IMG/VR virus record: IMGVR_UViG_3300043675_000009
Location: 1-41,795 of that record
DNA length: 41,795 bases
Source: a virus
Direction: 5' to 3' (one strand)
The first letter of the stretch is position 1; every line of letters starts with the position of its first letter. The notes under the pieces were generated by a model. The model searched no databases. It was not told the origin of the DNA and saw only the letters and a program-made list of their open reading frames with translations. The translations under genes were made by a program, and so were the position numbers. This document shows positions 23,304-30,637 of the stretch, one piece after another.

Positions 23304-23731
23304 GCTTCAGCGTTCAGTCGCGGATTATGGACGCGGCCGTCGCAGCGCTCAACGGCGCCGGAGGCGCGACGTCCTATCGCTCGCGCATGGCGGCGTTTTC
23401 CGAAGCGCAGCTGCCCGCCATCAACGTGTTCCCCAAAGAGAGCGACCCCGAATACAACGACAGCGACTCGATCGACCGGCGTTTTCTTATCGACGTTCGC
23501 TACACCGGGATTGCGGTCAACGAGGTCGACAAAGCCATCGACCCCATCTACGTCGCCGGCAATGCCGCGCTGCTGGCCGATCGCACCTTCGGCGGCCTCG
23601 CCATAGTTACCCGCGAGCGAACCAGCAAATGGGAGCGGGAGAAGGGCGAGTTCGACACCGTCGCACTGGTTGTCGTTTACGAGATTGAATTTTCCACGAC
23701 CCGGAGCGATCCGAGCGTGAGTTGGCCGTAA
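23300..23731 (+). CDS. Tail terminator / tail completion protein (gpU-like position)
   Basis: 143 aa, GTGA coupling, immediately upstream of the tail tube gene. Confidence 0.5.
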   Translation: MSFSVQSRIMDAAVAALNGAGGATSYRSRMAAFSEAQLPAINVFPKESDPEYNDSDSIDRRFLIDVRYTGIAVNEVDKAIDPIYVAGNAALLADRTFGGLAIVTRERTSKWEREKGEFDTVALVVVYEIEFSTTRSDPSVSWP

Positions 23732-23743
23732 GGAGAAAAAATC

Positions 23744-24421
23744 ATGCCTACTAAGAAACTTACCGGCGACCTCGCACAGACCAGTGTCGGCGGGGCCGTT
23801 CTCAACTTCACCGGAAACACCACCTCTGCCAGCCTGGTCATCACCAGCCCTTCAAGCACGCTCGGTCTCAGCGCAACCCCCCAGCTCATCACGGGCGCTG
23901 GCATCCCAGCATTAGCGACCGTGTCGCTGATCGCCGGCGTGGTCACCCTGTCGGCCGCAGCCACTGTGACCGCTGCCGGAGTTGCTCTCACCGTCTCCAC
24001 CGCCGAGGTGCAGGTGATCGGGCTGATGGACTGGAACATCAGCTTCAAGCTGAAGACGGCCGACGCCACCACCACGGATGACGCGGAGTGGGAGTCCTCG
24101 CTGCCTTCGAGCGGTTCCTGGTCGGTCAAAGCAAAATATGTCTATCTGATGGGCGACCCCTCGCAGATCGCACAGATCCGAGCCACCCTGGCCTCCACCA
24201 CGCGGGTTCCGCAGCGGTGGAACTTCTTCGCCGCTCCCAACACCGGCGACGACAGCTTCACTGGCATGGCTTACATCGACGGCATCGACTGGACCGCCGG
24301 CGTGGGCAAGATCGTGGGGCAGGATGTCTCGCTCAAGGGCACCGGCCCGCTCGCCGTGGTCGCGCAGCTCGCTCCCGTTCCGAACGCCGCCACCATCACC
24401 AACCTCCAGGCCGAGGACTAA
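23744..24421 (+). CDS. Major tail (tube) protein with an inserted Ser/Thr/Ala-rich domain
   Basis: AAGGAGAAAAAA RBS. Positioned before the G/GT chaperones. A terminator follows. Paralogous to the N-terminus of 30638..31690. Confidence 0.75.
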   Translation: MPTKKLTGDLAQTSVGGAVLNFTGNTTSASLVITSPSSTLGLSATPQLITGAGIPALATVSLIAGVVTLSAAATVTAAGVALTVSTAEVQVIGLMDWNISFKLKTADATTTDDAEWESSLPSSGSWSVKAKYVYLMGDPSQIAQIRATLASTTRVPQRWNFFAAPNTGDDSFTGMAYIDGIDWTAGVGKIVGQDVSLKGTGPLAVVAQLAPVPNAATITNLQAED

Positions 24422-24478
24422 CCGGATTCGGCGTGGTGGAAGTCAAGGGCCACACACGCCGTTATTGCAAGGCAGATT

Positions 24479-24506
24479 GGCCTCCAGCGATGGGGGCCGC
24501 TTTTTT
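24479..24506 (+). terminator. Rho-independent terminator/attenuator after the tail tube gene
   Basis: GGCCTCC / GGGGGCC 7-bp stem, loop AGCGAT, then GCTTTTTT. Confidence 0.5.
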
Positions 24507-24529
24507 AGTTTCGTTTGAGGACTTCCGAT

Positions 24530-24997
24530 ATGAAAATCACAGCCGCGCGCGGCGCCATCGCCGTCACTCTGGGCGACGTTCCTCGCCTCCGCACCCTGTT
24601 CTTCGCCAAGTCCGCGACCATGCTTCTGGTGGAGAAGTACGGCGTCGGCTTCCTGGGCGCACTCTACACCGTCAAGCGCAACCCGGAGAATGCGAAGGAG
24701 ACGAAGCTCGAGCTGAAATCGCTGGACACGCTCGCCTACTTTCTGTGGGCAGGCCTGCAGGAAGAGATCTCGGACACCGATGAGGTTCTGACCGAGGCCG
24801 AGGCAGAGCAATTTCTCCGGCCCTGGACCCTGCACAACATCTTCAACGCGGTGGTGATGGCGATCACCGGCGCCGTATCCACGCCGGCGGAGCCGGGAAA
24901 AGCCGAGGCGGCCGAAGCACAAAAGGCAAGCCCGTCCGCCGGCGGCGCCAAGGCTTCGACTTCAACGAGGCGCAGAGGTTCGCGTGCGGTGTCCTAG
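24530..24997 (+). CDS. Tail assembly chaperone (gpG-like)
   Basis: Positioned between the tube and tape-measure genes. Acidic C-terminal half. Contains the slip site. Confidence 0.75.
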   Translation: MKITAARGAIAVTLGDVPRLRTLFFAKSATMLLVEKYGVGFLGALYTVKRNPENAKETKLELKSLDTLAYFLWAGLQEEISDTDEVLTEAEAEQFLRPWTLHNIFNAVVMAITGAVSTPAEPGKAEAAEAQKASPSAGGAKASTSTRRRGSRAVS

Positions 24998-25269
24998 GCC
25001 AAACCCCGGATCAATTCTGGGGGACGACCATTTGCGAGTACCACCTGGCGCGCCAGGGCTTTGAGCGCCAGCAGGAGAACCAGGCGCGCAGGGAGGCCGG
25101 CTGGGTGGCGATGATCCTGAACTCGCAGTATGCGGAAGGCGACATCACGCCGGAGGAGCTGCTGGGCGAAGAGCGTCCGGAGCGGGATGAGAAGCAGGAG
25201 CTGAAAGACGCGGAGAAGAAGCTGGATCAGCGGTTGGCGCAAAGAGAGAAACAGACAGCAGGGAAGTAG
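24530..25269 (+). CDS. Tail assembly chaperone -1 frameshift product (gpGT-like, about 246 aa)
   Basis: After slipping at 24895..24901 the -1 frame stays open to TAG 25267..25269. It encodes GFDFNEAQRFACGVLGQTPDQFWGTTICEYHLARQGF, typical of gpT-type extensions. Confidence 0.7.
24895..24901 (+). promoter_or_regulatory. Programmed -1 ribosomal frameshift heptamer G GGA AAA
   Basis: X XXY YYZ in the gpG zero frame (ccG GGA AAA g). Lambda uses G GGA AAG at the equivalent place. Confidence 0.7.
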
Positions 25270-25274
25270 GCGAT

Positions 25275-28130
25275 ATGGCACCGAAGGGAATCGTAATCCA
25301 GATATCTGGCGACGGGGCGAGCGCGGCCAAGGCGCTCGAGCTGGTCGACCTTCACCTGCGCGAGACCGCGGAACGTGCGAAGGAGTCGGCGTCGGGCATC
25401 GGCGAGGCTATGGAGAAAATCAAGAGCAGGCTCGAGGCCGTCGCCGAATACATGCTGCTCTATGAAGCCATCGACGTGCTGAAGGAGCTGGTCACCCAGA
25501 CGCTCGAGTTTGGCGAAGCGATCGAGAAGGCGCACGAGAAGACCGGGCTGGCGGTGGAGACGCTGAGCACCCTGCACTATGCGGCCGCCATCACCGGCAC
25601 CGAGTTCGATTCGCTGACCAAGGCGGTGGCGAAGATGGGCGCGTCGATCGGCAACGCGGCCGACGGCAACGACAAGAAGGCCTCCGCGTTTTTGAAGGGT
25701 CTCGGCCTCGATGCCAAAGAGCTCGCCAGCCGCAACGACGGCGCGGAGATTGCCTTCAAACGGGTCGCGCAGGCCATCGCCGCGACCGAGAATCCGGTGC
25801 GCCGCCTGGAGCTCGCCAACGGGCTGCTGAAAAAGGGCGGCCAGGACATGATTCCCATGCTGCTGGAGGTGGGGAACAACTGGGATCTCTGGAAGCAGAA
25901 GGCGCAGGCCGCCGGCGTCTACCTCGATGGCGAGTCGGCCGAGGCTCTGGCCGCGACTAACAAGCGGCTGAAGGATCTGCAGCAGCACATCCAGGGCGCG
26001 GGCCTGGCCTTTACCGAGGGCCTGACCCCGGGCCTGACCGAGATGCTGGGCGTGATGTCCGGCGGCAAGGACAACATGGAGTTGATGAAGACCTGGGGCA
26101 GCTTCATGATCCGCAGCCTGGCTTTGGCCACGGCGGGCTTCTACGGCCTGGCCTCCGGGGCGGAAAACGCCTTCGGCATCATAGAAGCGCTCGCCGCGGA
26201 CGCCCAGACCGGGTTTGGTGTCCTCGAAGCTCTTGTCCCCGGGGGCGCTGATGTGGCGCGCCATGATCTGGCGGCAAAGGGGCTGGTCGACGCCGCGCGC
26301 ACGGATCTGGCCGCGGCCAAGGAGCTGGACAAGCAATCGAAGAAGTTTCGCGACATCGCGGTGAATGGACCGGCCGCCGGACCGACAAAGCCCTTCGTGC
26401 CCGGCGGCAAAACCGGCGGCAAGGGCTTCGCCGGTGGCGACGACCTCACCGGGAAAGGGAAGGGCACCAACGGCATCGCCCAGGCAGCTACCGCCCTGGC
26501 CGAGGCCAACGCGACCGCCGAGGCCGCCGCGCAGAAGTCCGCCGACACGCTTCTGCTGGCGCAGATGGATGCCGACCACAAGCTCTTCCTGACCAGCGAC
26601 TCGAACTACTATCGCGAAAAGCTTCTGTTGCAAAAGGATGCGCTCGACGCGGAAGAGGCTGCGCTGCGTCAGCGCATCGTCCAGCTGCAGGCGCTCCAGA
26701 CCAAGCAGCATAGCGACAAAAAGGTTACTCGCGACAAGCACGGAAATTCGGCGGAGGAAGAGAAGACCGCGACCGACATCGTGAAGCTGAACCAGCAGAT
26801 CAATGCGCTCGAAGAGAAGCGGTCCGCACTTGATATAAACGCAACTTTGGCCGATCAGGAACGGGCGGACGCTCTGCACCTGGCCAACCTGAAGGTCGCC
26901 GCGCAGCTGGAGGAGCACACCAACAGCGGCATCGAGGCCCGGCTGGCGCTGATGAAGCAGCTGCAGCAGGATGCCATGGACAAGACCAAGTCCCAGGGCG
27001 GTGATACCAAGACGCTGGCCGCGCTGCAACAGCAGGAGCAAGCGCTGCTGCAGATCACGGACCTCGAACGCAACCTGGCCTCGCTGAAGGCCGCGGCGCG
27101 GATCGAAGAGAACAACAACAGCGGCATCCAGGCGCGGCTGGCCCTGATGGAGCGCGAGCAGGATATCGCGATGAAGAAGGCCACGGCCGAGGGCGGCGAT
27201 GTGAAGACTCTTGAGGCGCTGCAGCAGCAGGAGCAGGAGCTGCTGCGCATCAACGAGATCGAGCGCGAGATCAACCAGACCAAAGCCGAAGGCGCGCTCA
27301 GCGTGGGAGCCCAGAAGGACCGCGAAGAGAAGGACCCGACCCAGCGCAAGGCCGCCACCAAAGAGATCAACGCGCTGAACAAAGAGACCGCGGCAACCCT
27401 GAAGGACCTTACGGCGCAGTACGATGCGCTGGCCGCAACCCTGGGTGGCGAGTTTGTGGAGAAGGCCAAGGCGATGCATGCGGAGCTCGACAAGCTGAAC
27501 CGGCCGGATCAGAAGCAGGATCAGCAGCCGTATAAAAAGCTGGGCGACGGCGTCACCAGCATGGCGGAGCAGATGGCGCGCGCGACCGGCACCGGACGCG
27601 ATGGCTTCCACAACATGGTGACATCCATGGAGAGGGACCTGGTGGAGCTGGCCGTCAAGTTTGCCGCGACGAAGTGGCTGGCCCCGTTTATGAGCAGCCT
27701 GGGCGCGGGCTTAGGCGGGGGTGGAGGCGGCGCTGAGAGCCTGGGTCAAGTGAACAATGACCTGACCTCCTACGGCTTTGCCGACGGCGGCGACTATTCC
27801 GCCGACACTCCCAGGATCGTGGGAGAAGAAGGTCCGGAGCTCGACTTTCCGAAGGGGCCGGGCACCATCATGCCTGATCCGGAGCTCTTCTTTCCCAAGA
27901 ATGCGGCGCCGTCGATGCCAAGCGGAGCGTTGTCGGAACTTACCAAGGTGGCCTCGAGCGGGCCGCCTAACGTGACGATGAATGTTACCAACGCCTCCAG
28001 CCAGCCGGTGACGGCGCGCCAGACGGGAACCAGCTTCGATTCGGATATGAAGGCCTTCGTGATCCACACCGTTCTCGAAGACCATGCCATGGGCGGACCC
28101 ATCTCGGTCGCCAGCCAGGGCGGCGGCTAA
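25275..28130 (+). CDS. Tape measure protein, 951 aa
   Basis: Position, size, long Ala/Gln/Leu coiled coil, Gly-rich C-terminal region and an internal tandem repeat. Confidence 0.9.
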   Translation: MAPKGIVIQISGDGASAAKALELVDLHLRETAERAKESASGIGEAMEKIKSRLEAVAEYMLLYEAIDVLKELVTQTLEFGEAIEKAHEKTGLAVETLSTLHYAAAITGTEFDSLTKAVAKMGASIGNAADGNDKKASAFLKGLGLDAKELASRNDGAEIAFKRVAQAIAATENPVRRLELANGLLKKGGQDMIPMLLEVGNNWDLWKQKAQAAGVYLDGESAEALAATNKRLKDLQQHIQGAGLAFTEGLTPGLTEMLGVMSGGKDNMELMKTWGSFMIRSLALATAGFYGLASGAENAFGIIEALAADAQTGFGVLEALVPGGADVARHDLAAKGLVDAARTDLAAAKELDKQSKKFRDIAVNGPAAGPTKPFVPGGKTGGKGFAGGDDLTGKGKGTNGIAQAATALAEANATAEAAAQKSADTLLLAQMDADHKLFLTSDSNYYREKLLLQKDALDAEEAALRQRIVQLQALQTKQHSDKKVTRDKHGNSAEEEKTATDIVKLNQQINALEEKRSALDINATLADQERADALHLANLKVAAQLEEHTNSGIEARLALMKQLQQDAMDKTKSQGGDTKTLAALQQQEQALLQITDLERNLASLKAAARIEENNNSGIQARLALMEREQDIAMKKATAEGGDVKTLEALQQQEQELLRINEIEREINQTKAEGALSVGAQKDREEKDPTQRKAATKEINALNKETAATLKDLTAQYDALAATLGGEFVEKAKAMHAELDKLNRPDQKQDQQPYKKLGDGVTSMAEQMARATGTGRDGFHNMVTSMERDLVELAVKFAATKWLAPFMSSLGAGLGGGGGGAESLGQVNNDLTSYGFADGGDYSADTPRIVGEEGPELDFPKGPGTIMPDPELFFPKNAAPSMPSGALSELTKVASSGPPNVTMNVTNASSQPVTARQTGTSFDSDMKAFVIHTVLEDHAMGGPISVASQGGG
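26910..27299 (+). repeat. Tandem 195-bp (65-aa) duplication inside the tape measure gene
   Basis: The first unit begins EEHTNSGIEARLALMKQLQQDAMDKTKSQGGDTKTLAALQQQEQALLQI. The second begins EENNNSGIQARLALMEREQDIAMKKATAEGGDVKTLEALQQQEQELLRI. Units are 26910..27104 and 27105..27299. Confidence 0.85.
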
Positions 28131-28164
28131 AACTGAGAGTTGCGCAACGTCTGATAATGTATGT

Positions 28165-28187
28165 TATGTAACCTAGATGGTTACATA
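28165..28187. repeat. 9-bp perfect inverted repeat TATGTAACC-N5-GGTTACATA in an A/T-rich gap between convergent genes
   Basis: Read directly from the sequence. It could be a bidirectional terminator hairpin or a protein-binding site. Confidence 0.5.
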
Positions 28188-28242
28188 TTCTAGTATATCC
28201 CAAGATCCGATGCGTCGCTTCCCTGCTGCGGCGTTGAAATGT

Positions 28243-28401
28243 TCATTGGATCCAGTCTTTTGGGGTAGTGCAGAATTCATTAAATGGGACCCGGAGCCAG
28301 GCCGCCGCAAACCACAGCCACCACACCCTATAAATGAGCCGACTCTTGAACATTCCCGGTCTTCGTTGGAACGGCCTCGATATTTCAAAAATGATCGTCA
28401 T
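28243..28401 (-). CDS. 52-aa small membrane protein (last gene of the antisense cassette)
   Basis: The ATG overlaps the Imm stop (ATGA at 28398..28401). TM segment LIYRVWWLWFAAAWL. A/T-rich codons. Too short for independent support. Confidence 0.35.
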   Translation of the reverse strand: MTIIFEISRPFQRRPGMFKSRLIYRVWWLWFAAAWLRVPFNEFCTTPKDWIQ

Positions 28402-28670
28402 CGGACGATCCAGCCCCGCACCACGCGCACGCATCGGCCGAGCTGGTACATCGGCTGCCTGATACTGCCCGTAGTACCGGAGGCCGTCTCGGCCTGCACG
28501 GCCCAGATCAGCGCGCCGATCCAGCCGAGGATGGTCCAGCCGAGCAGGAGGTTGAGCACGGTAAGCCCGGCCGGCCGGCGCACACCGCGCGCGGCCGCAA
28601 CCATCGAGGGCAGCATATAGAACAGCACCAGGGTGAATAAGAAAAGCACGCCGCCGAAGTCGTTTTTCAT
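28398..28670 (-). CDS. Superinfection immunity protein (Imm_superinfect family, T4 Imm-like)
   Basis: YMLPSMVAAARGVRRPAGLTVLNLLLGWTILGWIGALIWAV matches the family signature YxLPxxIA...NxxLGWTxxGWxxALxWA. GGAGG RBS 7 nt before ATG 28670. The longer track ORF start at 28907 is rejected. Confidence 0.75.
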   Translation of the reverse strand: MKNDFGGVLFLFTLVLFYMLPSMVAAARGVRRPAGLTVLNLLLGWTILGWIGALIWAVQAETASGTTGSIRQPMYQLGRCVRVVRGWIVR

Positions 28671-28828
28671 TTCTGCGCCTCCGGCTGTACATCGATCCCG
28701 GACTGGCGCAGCTTGATTTTGATGGCGGCATCGACGTGGCTGTCGAAGATGTTCACTGCTGCATTGAGGCCGGTTAGGAGGAGGGAGAAGAAAAGGATGA
28801 GTCCTGCGCGTATTAGGAACATCTTCAT
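28667..28828 (-). CDS. 53-aa small membrane/secreted protein
   Basis: MKMFLIRAGLILFFSLLLTGLNAAV... GGAAGG RBS 7 nt upstream. The stop overlaps the Imm ATG (ATGA). Confidence 0.45.
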   Translation of the reverse strand: MKMFLIRAGLILFFSLLLTGLNAAVNIFDSHVDAAIKIKLRQSGIDVQPEAQK

Positions 28829-28878
28829 GGGGTTGCCTTCCGGGGGAAAAAGGGGTGAAGGGTTGAGGTGCGTGGGGG

Positions 28879-28995
28879 TTACTTGGACAATTTGCGGATG
28901 ACGGCATCGCGCAGCGTGATGCCTTGCTGGGCTGCGGCCACCTTCAGCCGCTTGAGAAGATCTTCGGGGAAGTTTTTGATGCTGAGTTCGGCCAT
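28879..28995 (-). CDS. 38-aa minimal ribbon-helix-helix (Arc/FitA-like) DNA-binding protein
   Basis: MAELSIKNFPEDLLKRLKVAAAQQGITLRDAVIRKLSK shows the beta-strand, helix, G, helix pattern of RHH antitoxins and repressors. Confidence 0.55.
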   Translation of the reverse strand: MAELSIKNFPEDLLKRLKVAAAQQGITLRDAVIRKLSK

Positions 28996-29084
28996 TCGGG
29001 GAGTCTCTTTCTGCCGGGTTACGTACCGGCCCCGAGGTACCACCCTCAGACGCACCGCTTACCGTAGGAACGGCGCGGCGGAGC

Positions 29085-29324
29085 TTAGCGGGATTCCAGC
29101 CGGGTGATGCGGCCCTCGTGTTCGCGGGCGATCCCGATCAGAAGCATGATGTCGTCGTGGGCTTGCTTGCGGGCGGCGGCGATCTCCGTCTGAAGAGTGG
29201 TGCGGAGGGAGCCGATCTCACTGGTGAGGCGGCCGTCGAGACGGTTGTAGTCGCTGCGGTTGAGGAAAATTCCGATTAAGACGGTGAAGGTGGGGATGCC
29301 GATGGTGAGGATGGTTGCGATCAA
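29085..29324 (-). CDS. Membrane-anchored coiled-coil protein, 79 aa
   Basis: The TTG start at 29324 has AGGAG 7 nt upstream. N-terminal TM (IATILTIGIPTFTVLIGIFL). The track ATG at 29375 lies inside the -10 box of the promoter, so it is rejected. Confidence 0.55.
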   Translation of the reverse strand: MIATILTIGIPTFTVLIGIFLNRSDYNRLDGRLTSEIGSLRTTLQTEIAAARKQAHDDIMLLIGIAREHEGRITRLESR

Positions 29325-29365
29325 TTTGCTGCTCCTATGAGGCTGGTTGCCTCTGACTGAATTGA

Positions 29366-29394
29366 AGTATGTCATACGGTGTCCACGGTGTCAA
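29366..29394 (-). promoter_or_regulatory. Strong sigma70-like promoter for the antisense membrane-protein cassette
   Basis: On the minus strand: TTGACA (29389..29394), 17-nt spacer, CATACT (29366..29371). Confidence 0.5.
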
Positions 29395-29423
29395 CGGTAA
29401 ACCCCGTAAACGTGCGAAATAGT

Positions 29424-30209
29424 TTAGAACTTCACCGTCAGCCCGGTGCCGCGCAGGGCGTCGTTGACCCCTACCTCGGCCGCCGCGCGGGTGAAGTTGT
29501 GATCGAAGTTCGATCCCACTACCTGGGTGACAATTGCCTCCATGGGGAAGCGCGCCCGGATGCGGGCGTCGCGCACCAGTACATACCAGGGCTCGGCATC
29601 GTTGCTGCCTCCGCGAAAACTCATTCCACCATGTCGCACAAAAATGCATAGTGTTCCGCTCTGGGTGACCTGGGTGAAGGCCGCGAAATCGCTCACCCCC
29701 AGCTTCTTCATGGTGGCCTTGCCGATGACACGCTTTACCTCGCCCCGGCTGCCGGAGCTGAAGCTGCCGGCGTAGGTCACCCCGATCTGCGCGTTGGCCG
29801 GCAGGATCGCCTTCGGCCGCAGGTTGTCCGGGATCGGCCGATTCTTCGAGGTGTACTTGTACAGGTAGTTAGTCGGGATCGCGAGGTACTTGTGGCCAGA
29901 CAGCGGCACGCGGTCGCCGCCCTCCTGCTGGCGGGGCAGGTAGTCAGGAGCTGCTGAGTTGCCGGTGTCGGTGTAGACCTCCGCCATCATCTTCTCCTTG
30001 GTGGCGGGCGTGATCTTGGTGTTGCGCACGGTCCAGTCGTTGCGCAGGGTAAAGGTAGTCCTCTCCACCTGGCGCACGATCTCCTGGGCGTCCTGGGCGG
30101 TCAGGGTGAGGGCGCGGACGATGGTGAAGGGCAACGCCTCCTCCCGGACCGTCTTGAGGCCGCGCAGAGGCCCATCCACGTCTACTTTCAGCTTGATCAG
30201 GTCCGCCAT
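29424..30209 (-). CDS. Hypothetical 261-aa protein; layout reminiscent of tail-completion (gpZ-like) proteins, very tentative
   Basis: Clear GC3-rich ORF. The start is ATG 30209 (MADLIKLKV) or GTG 30236. Pattern ...RNDWTVRN.KITPATK...QQEGGDRVPLSGHKYLAIP. Antisense to the tail operon. Confidence 0.6.
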   Translation of the reverse strand: MADLIKLKVDVDGPLRGLKTVREEALPFTIVRALTLTAQDAQEIVRQVERTTFTLRNDWTVRNTKITPATKEKMMAEVYTDTGNSAAPDYLPRQQEGGDRVPLSGHKYLAIPTNYLYKYTSKNRPIPDNLRPKAILPANAQIGVTYAGSFSSGSRGEVKRVIGKATMKKLGVSDFAAFTQVTQSGTLCIFVRHGGMSFRGGSNDAEPWYVLVRDARIRARFPMEAIVTQVVGSNFDHNFTRAAAEVGVNDALRGTGLTVKF

Positions 30210-30247
30210 GCTGTGGATTCTGCGGGAATTCGCCACAATCTGGCAAT

Positions 30248-30634
30248 ATGCGGGAAGCTCACGCGGTGAGCACCCCTGCCTTCCCGACGCTGACCCGCAA
30301 GCCCGCGCTCCGGACCAAGACGACCTCGCTCGATCCCACGCTCCGCGATCCCATGGAAAACGGGATGTCGAGCTCCCGCGCCCGCTTCACCCGGCGCCGG
30401 CGCAAGTGGTCGGTCACCCTCGACATGCTGACCCAGGCCGACAAGACGGCGCTCGAGGACTTCGTCCAGACCCAGGCCGTGTATGGGGCGATGCTCTTCA
30501 CCTTTATCGACACCCGGCTGGCCGCGCCGGTGACCCTGACGGTCCGTTTCGAGGTGCTCCCCAGCTACACCGACTGCGGGTTCGTCTACGGCGAGTTTCG
30601 CGAGAACTGCAGCTTCGAGATCGGGGAGGTCTAG
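30248..30634 (+). CDS. Minor tail protein, lambda gpM-like
   Basis: FPTLTRKP...ENGMSSSRARF...RKWSVTLDMLTQADKTALEDFVQ...LFTF...FEIGEV parallels the gpM layout (..YSVTLSV..EEA..LE.FL..). Alternative start GTG 30266 after GGGAAG. Confidence 0.6.
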   Translation: MREAHAVSTPAFPTLTRKPALRTKTTSLDPTLRDPMENGMSSSRARFTRRRRKWSVTLDMLTQADKTALEDFVQTQAVYGAMLFTFIDTRLAAPVTLTVRFEVLPSYTDCGFVYGEFRENCSFEIGEV

Positions 30635-30637
30635 CCG

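Noticed and set aside
28131-30247. Invertible DNA segment (Mu G or P1 C type) as an explanation for the antisense block in the tail operon.
   Set aside because: I found no inverted repeats at the two borders, and no serine invertase gene is present. The block also has its own promoter in the current orientation.
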